A stretch of 64,000 bases of DNA from the IMG/VR virus record IMGVR_UViG_3300024348_000008. One strand, written 5' to 3'. Shown in pieces: positions 1 through 11,284 of the stretch; within the stretch, counting starts at the first letter, position 1; the number at the start of each line of letters is the position of its first letter. The stretch is from a virus. The position numbers and the translations under genes are program-made. The notes beneath the pieces were generated by a model that searched no databases, was not told the origin of the DNA, and was given only the letters and a program-made list of their open reading frames with translations.

Positions 1-1
1 A

Positions 2-214
2 GAAGAAATAATATGTGTAAATATAACAAATGAAGAAGGGGCTACTGGTGAACAGGGTCAACCTGATGGTGCCACATGTACAACAGTTAATCCACATCTA
101 GAAACAACAGTAACATATGAATTAGTAGATGGAGTTGTAACTGCAGTATCACAAACAGATGTTATGGATAGAATGAATGATCCAGATGATACAACAGTAG
201 TAGCTCCAACATAA
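2..214 (+). CDS. 3' part of a small acidic protein, truncated by the window edge; probably a fibre-associated chaperone
   Basis: Frame 2 is open from the window start: EEIICVNITNEEG...DTTVVAPT*. It ends in the same VAPT* and the same DNA as ORF 3560..3772. Confidence 0.7.
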   Translation, partial: EEIICVNITNEEGATGEQGQPDGATCTTVNPHLETTVTYELVDGVVTAVSQTDVMDRMNDPDDTTVVAPT

Positions 215-225
215 TAGGATATAAA
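200..225 (+). repeat. 26-bp cassette-junction repeat, copy 1 (GTAGCTCCAACATAATAGGATATAAA)
   Basis: Identical to 3758-3783. Similarity continues into ATGGCATTAAC. Confidence 0.9.
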
Positions 226-230
226 CAATA

Positions 231-3200
231 ATGGCATTAACTAAAATAAAATCAACAGGAATCGATACTCTGGCCGGAGATATATCTCTTGTGGATAGTG
301 CTAAAATTAATCTTGGTACTGGAAATGATTTACAACTGTATCATTCGGGTTCTAAGAGTTATATTAAAGATGCTGGAACCGGTAATTTAGCTATATTAAC
401 AAGTACGTTAGAATTAAATAATGCTGCAGATTCACAAAACATGGTTACTGCTAATGAAGGTGGAGGGGTTTATCTTTACCATGCTGGTTCAACTAAACTA
501 GCCACAACATCTACAGGAGTAACAATAACAGGAACAGCCGTAGCAACAGCATTTACTGGTAACGTAACAGGTAATGCATCAACTGCTACTCAAGCTTATG
601 TTAGTAATAGCGATGGTAATGGTAATTACAGATTAATATGGACTACTGGCACTACTTCAGGCAATTCACAGTTATTCAATACTGGTGGGGTTACATTAAA
701 TGCATCTACTAATGCAGTTAGTGCAACAACATTTATTGGAGCTTTAACAGGTAATGTTACAGGTAACACATCAGGTACAGCAGCTACAGTAACAACAGCA
801 GCACAACCAGCAATTACTTCTGTAGGAACATTATCAAGTTTAGCAGTAGGAAATATTACAACCACCGGATATATAAGAGGTCCTGCATCTTTTGTAATCG
901 ATCCGGCAACACATGGCGATGATACCGGTACACTTGTTATAGCAGGTAATCTTCAAGTTGATGGCACAACGACCACAATCAACAGCACAACAGTGTCTGT
1001 CGATGATGTTCAAATTATTTTGGCTCAAGGAGCTTCAAATTCTGCGGCAGCGAATGGTGGTGGTATTATACTTGATGGTGCAAATGCAAGTATTTCATAT
1101 ACTCATGCTACAACCAGTTGGGATTTTAATAAACCAATTAAATCAGCAAGCTATATAGAAGCCGTAGGCAATATATCTACAGGAACCAATGCTGGAAGAT
1201 TAAGAGCCGGTGGTTCTAATGAAATGCAACTCTATTTTACAGGGTCACATGGGATATTAAGCAGCAGCACAGGTAATTTCACAGTAGATGTAGCAGGAGA
1301 TATTATTCTTGATGCAGATGGTGGTGATATTAAATTCCAAGATGCGGGAACAGATATTGGATCATTAATTCATAGTGGCAATGACTTACAAATAAAATCT
1401 GCTATATCAAATGGAGATATGGTATTTAGAGGTAATGATGGCGGAACTATAATAACTGCTGGTTACTTTGATATGTCAGATGCAGGAGCATTCCATGTTA
1501 ATACTGACATACGCATCAAAGACAACATGGCTGTACGCTTTGGAGATGACCAAGATTTTAGAATATATACTGACGGTAGTCATACAACTCTACACAATGG
1601 AGTAAGTAACCAAGATATAATGTTTAAAGGTGTTGATGATGGCGCAGCTATCACAGCGCTTACTTTGGATATGTCAAACGCAGGAAAGGCAACCTTTAGT
1701 GGTATTGTAAAATCATTGGTTGGTTTTGAAAGCGGCGATTTATTTATAACCCCTAACGAAATTGACGTAAGTTCTGGAGACCTAACACTAGATGTAGCAG
1801 GAGATATTACTCTTGATGCTGATGGTGGTGATATAAGATTTAAAGATGCAGGTAATACTTTTGGTTATGCAAATGCTAACAATATGGATTTTGTTCTTGG
1901 AGTAGGAACTCCAGATAAAGATATAATCTTTAAAGGAACGGACTCAGACGGTGCTGGTGCAATAACAGCTCTTACTATTGATATGTCAGAAAGAGGAAAA
2001 GCAACCTTTATTAGTGGTATAACAGCAGGAACCAGTACTGCAGGAGATTGGGGTTTAACTCTCAATACTGAAGCTGGCGATAGTATGAAACTGTCTGTCC
2101 AAGATACTGGATCCTCAGGAGCTGCTCATGGAATACTATCTGTTTCAGATGGTGGGTTTACTATCGACGTGGCAGGAGATATTAATCTTGATTCTGCTGG
2201 CGAAATAAGAGTACAAAATCAAACTCTTGTAGATAGTGCAAATACAAATTATATTATGACCTTTCCCAATAATAAAGGTATTGCTATAGGCAGTGCCTAT
2301 ACGTATGGCGAATTAAATGCTAACAATGGCAACCTTTATTTAAGAGCTAATTCATATCCTGCGAATACAGGCTCAACCTCCAAAATATATTTACAAACTG
2401 CCAATGGTTCAGGCGGTCAAGCGGCAGATGTAGTAATTGATAATGGCAACGTTGGTATTGGAACAACTGATGTAGGTGCTCCACTAACTATTCAAACTAA
2501 CGATAGCACTACTGGTGATGTTGTAAATACCATTATGATTAGAAATACGTCAACTGGAACAACTACTACAGGATTTGGTGGTGAAATTAGATTCCAAGCT
2601 GAAAGAAACAATGGTGCTATTCAAAACACAGGTAGAATTGCATCAACCGCAGACGTTAATTCTGGAACTAATATATCTTCTGGTCTTGGTTTTTGGACAA
2701 GTACAGTTGGAGTTATTACTGAGAAAATGCGTATTTCTTATGATGGAAAAGTTACGGTATCTAACAACAAACCAATATGGTCAGGTTCTTATGGTGGTGG
2801 TTTATTCTTAAAAGGTAACAACTCCACCTCTGACAGATACGCGAGAATATGCACTGTTGACTCTACTGGTGCTGCAATTAACAACGGATTAACAGTCAAT
2901 AACGATGGCTCAACTACGATAGATTGCGGTCAAACATATGGATTAAATATTTTAGGAAATGGTAGTGGATTAAGATTTTCTACTGGCTCAAATCAAAGAC
3001 TATATTGGAACACTCATAGAGCTCTCGAAGGAGCAGCAGATGGTAGTGTCTTACAAGTTGGAGAAGGTTTCACAAAGATACTTTCGCAAGGACGAGAAGT
3101 TTGGTATGCAGACGGCGTATATCATTTCAAAATAAGCAAGGCTGTTACTTGTACTGGTAGTTCTGTTACTAGACACACGCTAAATATTAATACTCTTTTA

Positions 3201-3560
3201 GGTGCAGCCACAGGTGGCACACTACGATATGAAGTTTCAATAGCGGGTTACGGAAGTGGTGGCTCTAATGGAGCAAATGCTAAATATAGTGTGGCTGGTT
3301 ACTCTGGCCACAGTTATTCAGCTACTAACTACGGAAGTTTTGGTGCCGGAACTATTCAAAATGGTTACAAGTCAAGTAACAGCACATCTTATGATGCTAA
3401 GGGGATTTCATATCATCCATGTATAAACATGGGTTCGTATATAGCCAATGGGGAAGTGTGGGCATATGTTCCTGGTGCACAACAATATGGGTTCACAATT
3501 TCAAACAACAGTAGTAATAACTTCGGTGCTATTTTAACAGTAGAGGGGATTTATACATAA
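231..3560 (+). CDS. Tail fibre / receptor-binding adhesin, 1109 aa
   Basis: G/T/S/N-rich, with GNVGIGTT and repeated DVAGDIxLDADGGDI motifs. The N-terminus is nearly identical to that of 7652..11275. Confidence 0.8.
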   Translation: MALTKIKSTGIDTLAGDISLVDSAKINLGTGNDLQLYHSGSKSYIKDAGTGNLAILTSTLELNNAADSQNMVTANEGGGVYLYHAGSTKLATTSTGVTITGTAVATAFTGNVTGNASTATQAYVSNSDGNGNYRLIWTTGTTSGNSQLFNTGGVTLNASTNAVSATTFIGALTGNVTGNTSGTAATVTTAAQPAITSVGTLSSLAVGNITTTGYIRGPASFVIDPATHGDDTGTLVIAGNLQVDGTTTTINSTTVSVDDVQIILAQGASNSAAANGGGIILDGANASISYTHATTSWDFNKPIKSASYIEAVGNISTGTNAGRLRAGGSNEMQLYFTGSHGILSSSTGNFTVDVAGDIILDADGGDIKFQDAGTDIGSLIHSGNDLQIKSAISNGDMVFRGNDGGTIITAGYFDMSDAGAFHVNTDIRIKDNMAVRFGDDQDFRIYTDGSHTTLHNGVSNQDIMFKGVDDGAAITALTLDMSNAGKATFSGIVKSLVGFESGDLFITPNEIDVSSGDLTLDVAGDITLDADGGDIRFKDAGNTFGYANANNMDFVLGVGTPDKDIIFKGTDSDGAGAITALTIDMSERGKATFISGITAGTSTAGDWGLTLNTEAGDSMKLSVQDTGSSGAAHGILSVSDGGFTIDVAGDINLDSAGEIRVQNQTLVDSANTNYIMTFPNNKGIAIGSAYTYGELNANNGNLYLRANSYPANTGSTSKIYLQTANGSGGQAADVVIDNGNVGIGTTDVGAPLTIQTNDSTTGDVVNTIMIRNTSTGTTTTGFGGEIRFQAERNNGAIQNTGRIASTADVNSGTNISSGLGFWTSTVGVITEKMRISYDGKVTVSNNKPIWSGSYGGGLFLKGNNSTSDRYARICTVDSTGAAINNGLTVNNDGSTTIDCGQTYGLNILGNGSGLRFSTGSNQRLYWNTHRALEGAADGSVLQVGEGFTKILSQGREVWYADGVYHFKISKAVTCTGSSVTRHTLNINTLLGAATGGTLRYEVSIAGYGSGGSNGANAKYSVAGYSGHSYSATNYGSFGAGTIQNGYKSSNSTSYDAKGISYHPCINMGSYIANGEVWAYVPGAQQYGFTISNNSSNNFGAILTVEGIYT

Positions 3561-3772
3561 TGGAACTTTTAAACTTAGGTATAGTTCAAGTATATGAAGA
3601 TGGTCTTTTTAGACATATTCACCCATCTACAAAAGTAGATGAAACGTGGCAAGACACAGATGTATCAGGAGAAACAACAGAAGTTAAAGAATTTTGTGAA
3701 GCATCTTGGACTAATGAAATTAAAATAGAATATCAAACACACATTGATGCAAATTTGGTAGCTCCAACATAA
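3560..3772 (+). CDS. Small acidic protein coupled to the fibre gene (putative fibre chaperone)
   Basis: TAATG overlap with the fibre stop codon; 70 aa. Function inferred from position. Confidence 0.65.
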   Translation: MELLNLGIVQVYEDGLFRHIHPSTKVDETWQDTDVSGETTEVKEFCEASWTNEIKIEYQTHIDANLVAPT

Positions 3773-3783
3773 TAGGATATAAA
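3758..3783 (+). repeat. 26-bp cassette-junction repeat, copy 2
   Basis: Identical to 200-225. Confidence 0.9.
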
Positions 3784-3788
3784 AAGTA

Positions 3789-6700
3789 ATGGCATTAACA
3801 AAAGTAGTAAGACATTTAAGTAGCACACCAAGTATTGTAGATGGTGGGAACGCTACTGCGATCACGATTGATAGTTCAGAGAATATATCACTAGCTTCAC
3901 ACGTTCAAGTAGCCGATAATAAAAATTTAAAGTTTGGTGATGATACTGATGCACAATTGTATTATAATTCATCTAATGATATATTTTATATTTACAATAG
4001 TGGTGCTAATGGTGGCACTATTATACAAAATAATAGTGCATCAGGTGGAATTGTATTACAACCTGTTCCTAACGAAAATGCCGTATTTTGTGCACCTAAT
4101 GGCGAAGTTATACTTTATCATAATAGTTCAGCAAAACTAACCACAACATCGACAGGAATAACTGTCACCGGTGCAATTACTGGTACACTTGCAAGCACTG
4201 TTACTGCAACTACACAATCAGCAGGAACTAATTCAACTTTAATCGCAACGACAGCCTATACAGATGCTGCAATCACTGCGCTTGTTGGTGGTGCTCCTGC
4301 AACCTTAGATACACTTAACGAAATTGCGGCATCAGTTAATGATGATGCTAACTATGTTGGTACAGTTAATAGCTTACTTGCTGCAAAAGCACCTTTAGCC
4401 AGTCCTACATTTACTGGAACAGTAACTACTTCTGGTAATTTAGATATAAATGGAAATCAGTTAATCTTAGATGCAGATGCAGATACTTCAATTAGAGAAT
4501 CCGCAGATGATTATTTAATAATGAAAGTTGGTGGAACGGATTTAATTAAAATAGATGCAAGTGGTTTAGGAATAGGAATAAGACCAGCAGAAATGCTTGA
4601 TATTCAGTCGGCTTCAGGCGATGCAAGAATAAGATTAGATGCTCCTGCAGGTTCAGACACAGAAGTTAAATTCTTTAATGCCGGCTCTGCTCAATATACT
4701 ATTGGACATGATGATGGTACTGATAACTTTGTTATTGGTGGTGCTAATGTAGATGCACCTTATGTTAATGTAACTAAGGCAGGATATGTTGGTATAGGAA
4801 TTACGGATCCTTCAGATTACTATGCAAAAAATTTAGTTGTAAATAGTGGTGCCGAAGGTGGTATCACTATTGTCGGTGGAACGGGTCATGTGAACTATCT
4901 TATGTTCGCTGACGGGACATCGGGTAATACTCAATATCGTGGTTATATTGAGTATAGCCATATTACTGATGGAATGAAGCTCAATACAGCAGGTACTCCT
5001 GCGCTAACTCTTGATATATCTCAAAACGCTATATTTACAAACGATATTAAGTTTACTTCTGATGCTGGTGGAAACATAGGATTAAATTCCGGAAATAGAC
5101 CTAATAATATATCTATGGCAGGTGGGCTTGGTGTTAATGCGGCTGCTGGAGGTGCAGGAACGATCGCCTTCTCAGGTGATATAACACAAGCACAAGGTGA
5201 TTATCTTTATAGTGGTGGCACCAACTTTGATATTAAGCATACAGTTGCATCTCAAAATATAATTATTTCTACAAGACCTAGTGGTGGTTCTATAACACCT
5301 AGAATGAGAATCACTCATGATGGAAAATTTGGTATGGGAGATACTCCATCTAATTTAACCTCTGAAATAATAACAATAACAACTCCGGCTTCTGGTGGTG
5401 GACAAGGTATAGCCTTTAAACGATTAGACAGTAATAATGACCAAACAGTCGGACAAATAAGATTTTCTAATAATGCAACAGATAATTTAGCATATATTAG
5501 ATGTATTACAGATGGAGATACTACATCTTCAAGATTAGAGTTTCATACAAATACCGGTTCAGCAACTGCTGCAAACTTAGTAATTAAAAAAAATGGTAAT
5601 GTTGCTATAAATTACGGTTTAGGCGGTGGGGCTATAAACTCTAAGTTCAATGTTTTTGCAGATGGCGAAGCTCTTCGTTTAGATGGTACTGCAAACACAT
5701 CACGAACACTTAGATTTAGAAATGCTGCAGTCAATGGTTCTGGTAACGCAATTATAACATCAGATGGAATTTTACAAATAAAGACAGAAGATGCTAATGC
5801 ACACATATATGTAAACTCCGTAAGAGATATTGCCATGCAAGTCACGTCTTTAAACGGAACTGCTGGCCACTTTACATTCTCCTCTTATAATACAGAAATT
5901 ATGAGAATTGATGGTGCTAATAACAGAGTTGGTATAGGTACTGGAGCGAATCCTAATCTTAAATTGCACGTAGAAGAAAACGCTGATACTTGGGTTGGAG
6001 AGTTTAAGAACGTAAGAGGCGCTGGTGGTTATGGTTTAAGAGTTGATATGTCAGCAGGTAGTGCTACAGATACAAGATATGCTCTTGGTGTTTATACACC
6101 AGGTAATAGTGGCCTTTTTGTAAGAAATAATGGCAATGTTGGTATTGGAACAACGGCCCCTTCAGATACATTAGTTGTTCAAAGAAGTACTGCAAATATA
6201 GAACCTATACTCGTTATTAAAAACGATAATACTACTGATGATAATGGTGTATCAATAGATTTCTCAGGTAAAGATACATCATCAAATCATGTTATATATG
6301 GTCGTATTGCTACGAAATATACTAATCATAGTACTGAAAAATCTCATATGATTTTTACACACAGAAATAATAGTGGTACTTTTGATGAATGGATGAGAGT
6401 TAATCATGATGGCCAAGTTGGTATCGGAACAGCGAGTCCAAGTTCTGCATTGCATGTTCATGAGAATGATTCTGCCAAAGGCAATACACAATTACATATT
6501 CATAATGATAAAACAGATGATGCAGGTGTACTAAGAATTGAAGGTAAAAGAATCTCAGAAAACGATACAGCCCAAATTTTACTTGCTAATAATGGTAATT
6601 TAGTATCAGCAATTAAAGCATATTCAGGCGGAGATGGAGGGCATTTAAGATTTTATACAAGTAAATCTGGTAGTGGTTCTTCAGCTATGGATGAAAGATT

Positions 6701-7295
6701 ACGACTCCATGATACAGGTGTATTAGAATTTAAGGGTAGTGATAATACAGAAGGTATTAAATTTGGTTCTAATCAAAGAATATATGGTGGAACTATCCGA
6801 GCATTTGAACCCGCAATGACTTCCGATGGAACAGTTTCTATAGGTGAAGGATTAGATGCAGATGATGGAACAGTTTCTATTTTTGGAGTGGTAAATATTA
6901 GAGAACAGTTAACTTCTCCTGGAGGAGGAGTAGATGCTGGTGAATTTATTTCTTATATGCAAGGAACTGGTTGGACAGATATACTTAATATACATTTTTC
7001 TAACGCGTCTTGGGGGTCTATAACAATTAATGTTCAGTTCCCGGGCAATTCAAGTGGATCTGATTCTGTATTTCAACAAGTTACTGCTTATGGTCATGCT
7101 GCATTGACCGGAGCAAATGTAAGTTATTCGGATATTAGTGGAGAAGGAACAGGTTATTTTAATTGGGTTAGTTTCAGCGGTGGCACCAAACTTCAACTTA
7201 AAACACAATATTCAACAGATGATGCCGCAGTAAGAATTAGTTATACAATGAATCATCGAACAAGTCAAAATTTATGGGTAGAGAGGTTAGCGTAA
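3789..7295 (+). CDS. Tail fibre / adhesin, 1168 aa
   Basis: Several GxVGIGT repeats and the GGAPATLDTLNEIAA and APLASPTFTG phage fibre motifs. Confidence 0.8.
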   Translation: MALTKVVRHLSSTPSIVDGGNATAITIDSSENISLASHVQVADNKNLKFGDDTDAQLYYNSSNDIFYIYNSGANGGTIIQNNSASGGIVLQPVPNENAVFCAPNGEVILYHNSSAKLTTTSTGITVTGAITGTLASTVTATTQSAGTNSTLIATTAYTDAAITALVGGAPATLDTLNEIAASVNDDANYVGTVNSLLAAKAPLASPTFTGTVTTSGNLDINGNQLILDADADTSIRESADDYLIMKVGGTDLIKIDASGLGIGIRPAEMLDIQSASGDARIRLDAPAGSDTEVKFFNAGSAQYTIGHDDGTDNFVIGGANVDAPYVNVTKAGYVGIGITDPSDYYAKNLVVNSGAEGGITIVGGTGHVNYLMFADGTSGNTQYRGYIEYSHITDGMKLNTAGTPALTLDISQNAIFTNDIKFTSDAGGNIGLNSGNRPNNISMAGGLGVNAAAGGAGTIAFSGDITQAQGDYLYSGGTNFDIKHTVASQNIIISTRPSGGSITPRMRITHDGKFGMGDTPSNLTSEIITITTPASGGGQGIAFKRLDSNNDQTVGQIRFSNNATDNLAYIRCITDGDTTSSRLEFHTNTGSATAANLVIKKNGNVAINYGLGGGAINSKFNVFADGEALRLDGTANTSRTLRFRNAAVNGSGNAIITSDGILQIKTEDANAHIYVNSVRDIAMQVTSLNGTAGHFTFSSYNTEIMRIDGANNRVGIGTGANPNLKLHVEENADTWVGEFKNVRGAGGYGLRVDMSAGSATDTRYALGVYTPGNSGLFVRNNGNVGIGTTAPSDTLVVQRSTANIEPILVIKNDNTTDDNGVSIDFSGKDTSSNHVIYGRIATKYTNHSTEKSHMIFTHRNNSGTFDEWMRVNHDGQVGIGTASPSSALHVHENDSAKGNTQLHIHNDKTDDAGVLRIEGKRISENDTAQILLANNGNLVSAIKAYSGGDGGHLRFYTSKSGSGSSAMDERLRLHDTGVLEFKGSDNTEGIKFGSNQRIYGGTIRAFEPAMTSDGTVSIGEGLDADDGTVSIFGVVNIREQLTSPGGGVDAGEFISYMQGTGWTDILNIHFSNASWGSITINVQFPGNSSGSDSVFQQVTAYGHAALTGANVSYSDISGEGTGYFNWVSFSGGTKLQLKTQYSTDDAAVRISYTMNHRTSQNLWVERLA

Positions 7296-7624
7296 TGGAT
7301 ATAATGAATATAATATTAGAGAAAGGTGGATATGACAACTGTACAGCAGAAGAAAAAACTGCTGCAGATAATTATGCCTATGCTCAAGTACGAAATAGAA
7401 GAGACAAATTATTAGGATGGACAGATAAATATGCAGTTCCTGATTTTGCACATAAGACCGAAGATTTAAAAGCTTCAATACTTGTCTATAGACAAGCATT
7501 AAGAGATATAACAGATACAAAACCAACTTTAAATAATTATATGATAGTAAATAATATTACTTGGCCAACACACGAATATGTAACAGATGAAATGATTTTA
7601 AAATCTGGACCGTTTACAGTATAA
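7295..7624 (+). CDS. Phage tail fibre assembly chaperone
   Basis: Pattern RxxRDKLL-x2-TD...YRQALRDIT...WP. Start moved to ATG 7295, which overlaps the upstream TAA. Confidence 0.75.
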   Translation: MDIMNIILEKGGYDNCTAEEKTAADNYAYAQVRNRRDKLLGWTDKYAVPDFAHKTEDLKASILVYRQALRDITDTKPTLNNYMIVNNITWPTHEYVTDEMILKSGPFTV

Positions 7625-7638
7625 TGCTCATCATAGGA

Positions 7639-7646
7639 TATAAATA
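7639..7646 (+). promoter_or_regulatory. T4-type late promoter TATAAATA
   Basis: Exact gp55 consensus, 5 nt before ATG 7652. The context 7633-7658 matches 11650-11675 at 25/26 positions. Confidence 0.75.
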
Positions 7647-7651
7647 GTAAT

Positions 7652-10600
7652 ATGGCAACTAAAATAAAATCAACAGGAATCGATACTCTGGCAGGAGATA
7701 TATCTCTTGCGGATAATGCTAAGATTAAACATGGTAGTAGTAATGATCTTCAAATTTATCATGATGGTTCACACAGTTATATTAAAGATGATGGAACAGG
7801 TAATCTTTATTTAGGTGGATCTGCAGCAATATCATTTAATAGTTCAGACTTTGGTGAAACTTACGCTATAATGAATGATGATGGTGCAGTAGTTTTATAC
7901 CATAATAATGTTGCTAAGTTATCTACAGATGCTCAAGGTATTAATGTTACTGGTGGAATAGATGTAGCAGATATTACTGCCACTGGAAATATTAGTTTAA
8001 ACTCTGATAATGGAACATTATATTTTGGAGCTGGCTCAGATATGCGCCTATATCATGATAGTAACAATAGTTATATAGATGATTCTGGTACAGGTGGTTT
8101 AAAAATAAGAGCTAGTGAGTTTCAAGTACTGAAATATGGTACTGCTGAACAAATGTTGAGTGCAACTCAAGATGGTGCAGTCACTCTTTACTACGATAAT
8201 GCTGCTAAGTTGGCCACGACAAATACTGGTGTAAATATTACTGGTACTATAGTAGGTGCTACGGCTACTGCAAGTGGTGGTACTAGTACTACTGCACTTG
8301 CTTCTACAGCATTCGTACAACAAGAATTAACCACGCTAATAGGTGGTGCACCAAGCACCCTCAACGACCTGAATGAATTAGCGGCCGCTATCAACGATGA
8401 TGCAAATTATAATAGTACTCTTACTACGGCATTGGCTACTAAACTACCTCTAGCTGGTGGTGAAATGAGTGGCACTTTAAATATTACTCAAGCATCTACT
8501 AATGATACTATTAAATTAACTAGAGGTACAACTAGTCATAATAACATGATTAAGTTCCGAAGTGCTGGAGCAGATAAGTGGATTCTAGGACAAAGAAACG
8601 ATAGCACAGAGCATTTTAGACTTTATTCTTATGGTACAAGTACTGATGTGCTATCTATTTTAACAGACGGTAAAGTTGGTATAGGCTATAACAATCCACA
8701 AAATAATATTCATGTTCTAGGAAACAGCTCTATTCCTAATGTAGGTTTAACATTACAAACACATGATACTGCTAATGCTATTGCCAATATTAATCTATTG
8801 TCAAGGCTTGCAGATAATGTCAATAAGACAGTTGAGCTTAGAGCGTATAGAGGAAATCTAATAATTCTTGGTGACACAGGATATGGCAAGGTTGGTATAG
8901 GAACTACGACTCCTGATGCACAATTTGAAGTAAGAGGAGATGCATATAAAGCAAGATTTACAAGGTCAGGAAGTGCTGGAACAAACGTAGAGTTCTATTA
9001 TGGAGCAACTCAAGCAGGTGGAATACAAGTTCAATCTACGGGTCTTGGTATAAGTGGTGCTGCTCGCGAAAATGATTTATTTATTAAGAGTGATGGCAAA
9101 GTTGGTATAGGAGAAACTTCACCATTAGGTAAGCTTCATGTAAAAAGTAGCGATTCTGGCGCGACAGCTGATGCAAGCGCTGATGAATTGGTTGTTGAAA
9201 ATAATTCAAATACTGGAATAAGTATTTTATCTGGTACAAGTAGTACTGGTTCAATTTATTTTGGAGATAGTGGTACAAACTGGGACGGATATATAGCATA
9301 TACTCATGGATCAGGCGCTACTCATAGAAAATTTGTTATTGGAACTGCTGCTGGTGGTAACTCTCTATCTATAGATGCCATTGGTCATGTTGGTATTGCA
9401 AAACAAACACCTATTGCTTGGGGTTCTGGTTATAAATCATTACAAATTGGGGCTAGAGGTTATGTTGGAGCACATAGCGGTAGTGATCTTTATGTAGGTC
9501 AAAATGCTTATCATAATAGTGGATGGAAATACGAAGCTTCAGTAGCGGCTTCTCTAACTCAACATTCAGGCGGTCAAATAACTCATTATGTAACACCTGC
9601 TGGAACAGCTGGTAATGCAATAACATGGAATATCGGCATGCATATAAAACCAACTGGCGAAGTTGGTATAGGAACTACGGCTCCAGCAGTAAACTTGCAT
9701 ATTAACAAAGGTTCTTCAACATTCCAACCCGCTGCCGGAGTAATAAAAAATTATTTTGCACTAAATACAGACTATGATTCAACTGGGGTTCAAGGCATAT
9801 ATTTTTCAAATCTAGACGGCAATTGGGTAGATGGGACTTCAGGTGCTGATTCCCAATTTGGTATGTTATTTGGATATCAGAATGCAACACGAGGTGGCCT
9901 AATTTACGATCATCGTGGCTCTGAAATGATGTCGCTTTGGTCAAGTTACGGTCCTCTTACCTTTATGACACCAGATGCTGCAGATGGTGATGGTGTTCCT
10001 ACAGATAGTAATATAAAAAGTAGATTAACAATTGATATAGGTGGCAACGTTGGTATTAATGGCGAGACAGATCCGCAAGCACCTTTGGATTGTGGAGTGA
10101 CTAGTCAAAACCAACAGGTAGTATTACTTAGGCAAAACGGTAATTCACGAACAGGCTTTAGTATTTCAAATGATTGGGGCGTAAGAGCCTTTGGTCCAGC
10201 CGATGCTAGTTCAACCGGCTCATTGTTTGGGGTCGGTGAAATGACCAGCGGTACAAATTATTTAGGTGATTTGTTTACTATTCGATATGATGGACGAGTT
10301 GGTATCGGAACTACGAGTCCTGGCTACCTGTTACATGCACAAAACTCAACCACCACCGGCCAAAGTGTAATAGCAACATCTGGTAATGGTGCATTTATAA
10401 TGGCTATTGGAAGCCAAAATTCCCCTGGCGTAGCACAAGAGGCTTTCATTGGTACTTTAAGTGATTCACGCTTTAAAATCAAAGTTAACAATGTAGTCAA
10501 GGGGTCTTGGACTGATGGCGGTTTAGCTATAGGAACTCACTCGAGTGCAAGCGCCCCATTAGATGTAGTTTGTAATAATAATGTTTGGGCTGGTGAATTT

Positions 10601-11275
10601 ACACAATCTAATACTTCAAATGGTGATGGTGTAATTGTCACAGTAGGAAGCACAGCATCAGCAGACTATGCTTTATCAATTAGATCTGATGCGGGAAATA
10701 CTTCAGGCTTAGCTGTTAAAGCAGATGGCTATGTTGGTATTGGTACTTTTATTCCCAACTCTCCATTACACGTCTACGGGCGTTTCAACCATAACTCCGC
10801 TGGAGGAACTACTCATCCTGGCTCTGCATCTTCAACCGAGCACAACATAACGACGTCTATACTTGGCGGAAAGCTGCGTTTTGGATTAGCAGTGGCTTTT
10901 CCAAATGGTACAAGTAATCTAGCAATTAGAATATATATAGACACAACTAGTTTATGGCTGGCCGGAGAAGTTACGATTGGATCCACATACAGTAATGCAG
11001 CAGCAACGGGACTTAATCGTTATAGTTTTAGCCACAACCAAAACACCACCAACAACTATGGAAATGTTTTAACTCAGACTGAATATTTTGGCCAAGTCGC
11101 TAGTCATTTTACATTTGATAGCCATGGCTATGATTCCACTGAGGGTGCTCATTATTTTGAATTTAGACATGCAAACAGTTACGGTAATACAATGTATCTT
11201 CAGTTTGAAGGCATGGGCAGTTCTCCCGCTCATGCTAACCTTGGAACTTGGTACTATAAACACATAACCTACTAG
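7652..11275 (+). CDS. Tail fibre / adhesin, 1207 aa
   Basis: Many GKVGIG/GxVGIGT repeats and the LIGGAPSTLNDLNELAAAINDDANY motif. 35 bp at 7658-7692 are identical to 240-274. Confidence 0.8.
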   Translation: MATKIKSTGIDTLAGDISLADNAKIKHGSSNDLQIYHDGSHSYIKDDGTGNLYLGGSAAISFNSSDFGETYAIMNDDGAVVLYHNNVAKLSTDAQGINVTGGIDVADITATGNISLNSDNGTLYFGAGSDMRLYHDSNNSYIDDSGTGGLKIRASEFQVLKYGTAEQMLSATQDGAVTLYYDNAAKLATTNTGVNITGTIVGATATASGGTSTTALASTAFVQQELTTLIGGAPSTLNDLNELAAAINDDANYNSTLTTALATKLPLAGGEMSGTLNITQASTNDTIKLTRGTTSHNNMIKFRSAGADKWILGQRNDSTEHFRLYSYGTSTDVLSILTDGKVGIGYNNPQNNIHVLGNSSIPNVGLTLQTHDTANAIANINLLSRLADNVNKTVELRAYRGNLIILGDTGYGKVGIGTTTPDAQFEVRGDAYKARFTRSGSAGTNVEFYYGATQAGGIQVQSTGLGISGAARENDLFIKSDGKVGIGETSPLGKLHVKSSDSGATADASADELVVENNSNTGISILSGTSSTGSIYFGDSGTNWDGYIAYTHGSGATHRKFVIGTAAGGNSLSIDAIGHVGIAKQTPIAWGSGYKSLQIGARGYVGAHSGSDLYVGQNAYHNSGWKYEASVAASLTQHSGGQITHYVTPAGTAGNAITWNIGMHIKPTGEVGIGTTAPAVNLHINKGSSTFQPAAGVIKNYFALNTDYDSTGVQGIYFSNLDGNWVDGTSGADSQFGMLFGYQNATRGGLIYDHRGSEMMSLWSSYGPLTFMTPDAADGDGVPTDSNIKSRLTIDIGGNVGINGETDPQAPLDCGVTSQNQQVVLLRQNGNSRTGFSISNDWGVRAFGPADASSTGSLFGVGEMTSGTNYLGDLFTIRYDGRVGIGTTSPGYLLHAQNSTTTGQSVIATSGNGAFIMAIGSQNSPGVAQEAFIGTLSDSRFKIKVNNVVKGSWTDGGLAIGTHSSASAPLDVVCNNNVWAGEFTQSNTSNGDGVIVTVGSTASADYALSIRSDAGNTSGLAVKADGYVGIGTFIPNSPLHVYGRFNHNSAGGTTHPGSASSTEHNITTSILGGKLRFGLAVAFPNGTSNLAIRIYIDTTSLWLAGEVTIGSTYSNAAATGLNRYSFSHNQNTTNNYGNVLTQTEYFGQVASHFTFDSHGYDSTEGAHYFEFRHANSYGNTMYLQFEGMGSSPAHANLGTWYYKHITY

Positions 11276-11284
11276 GAAGATATT

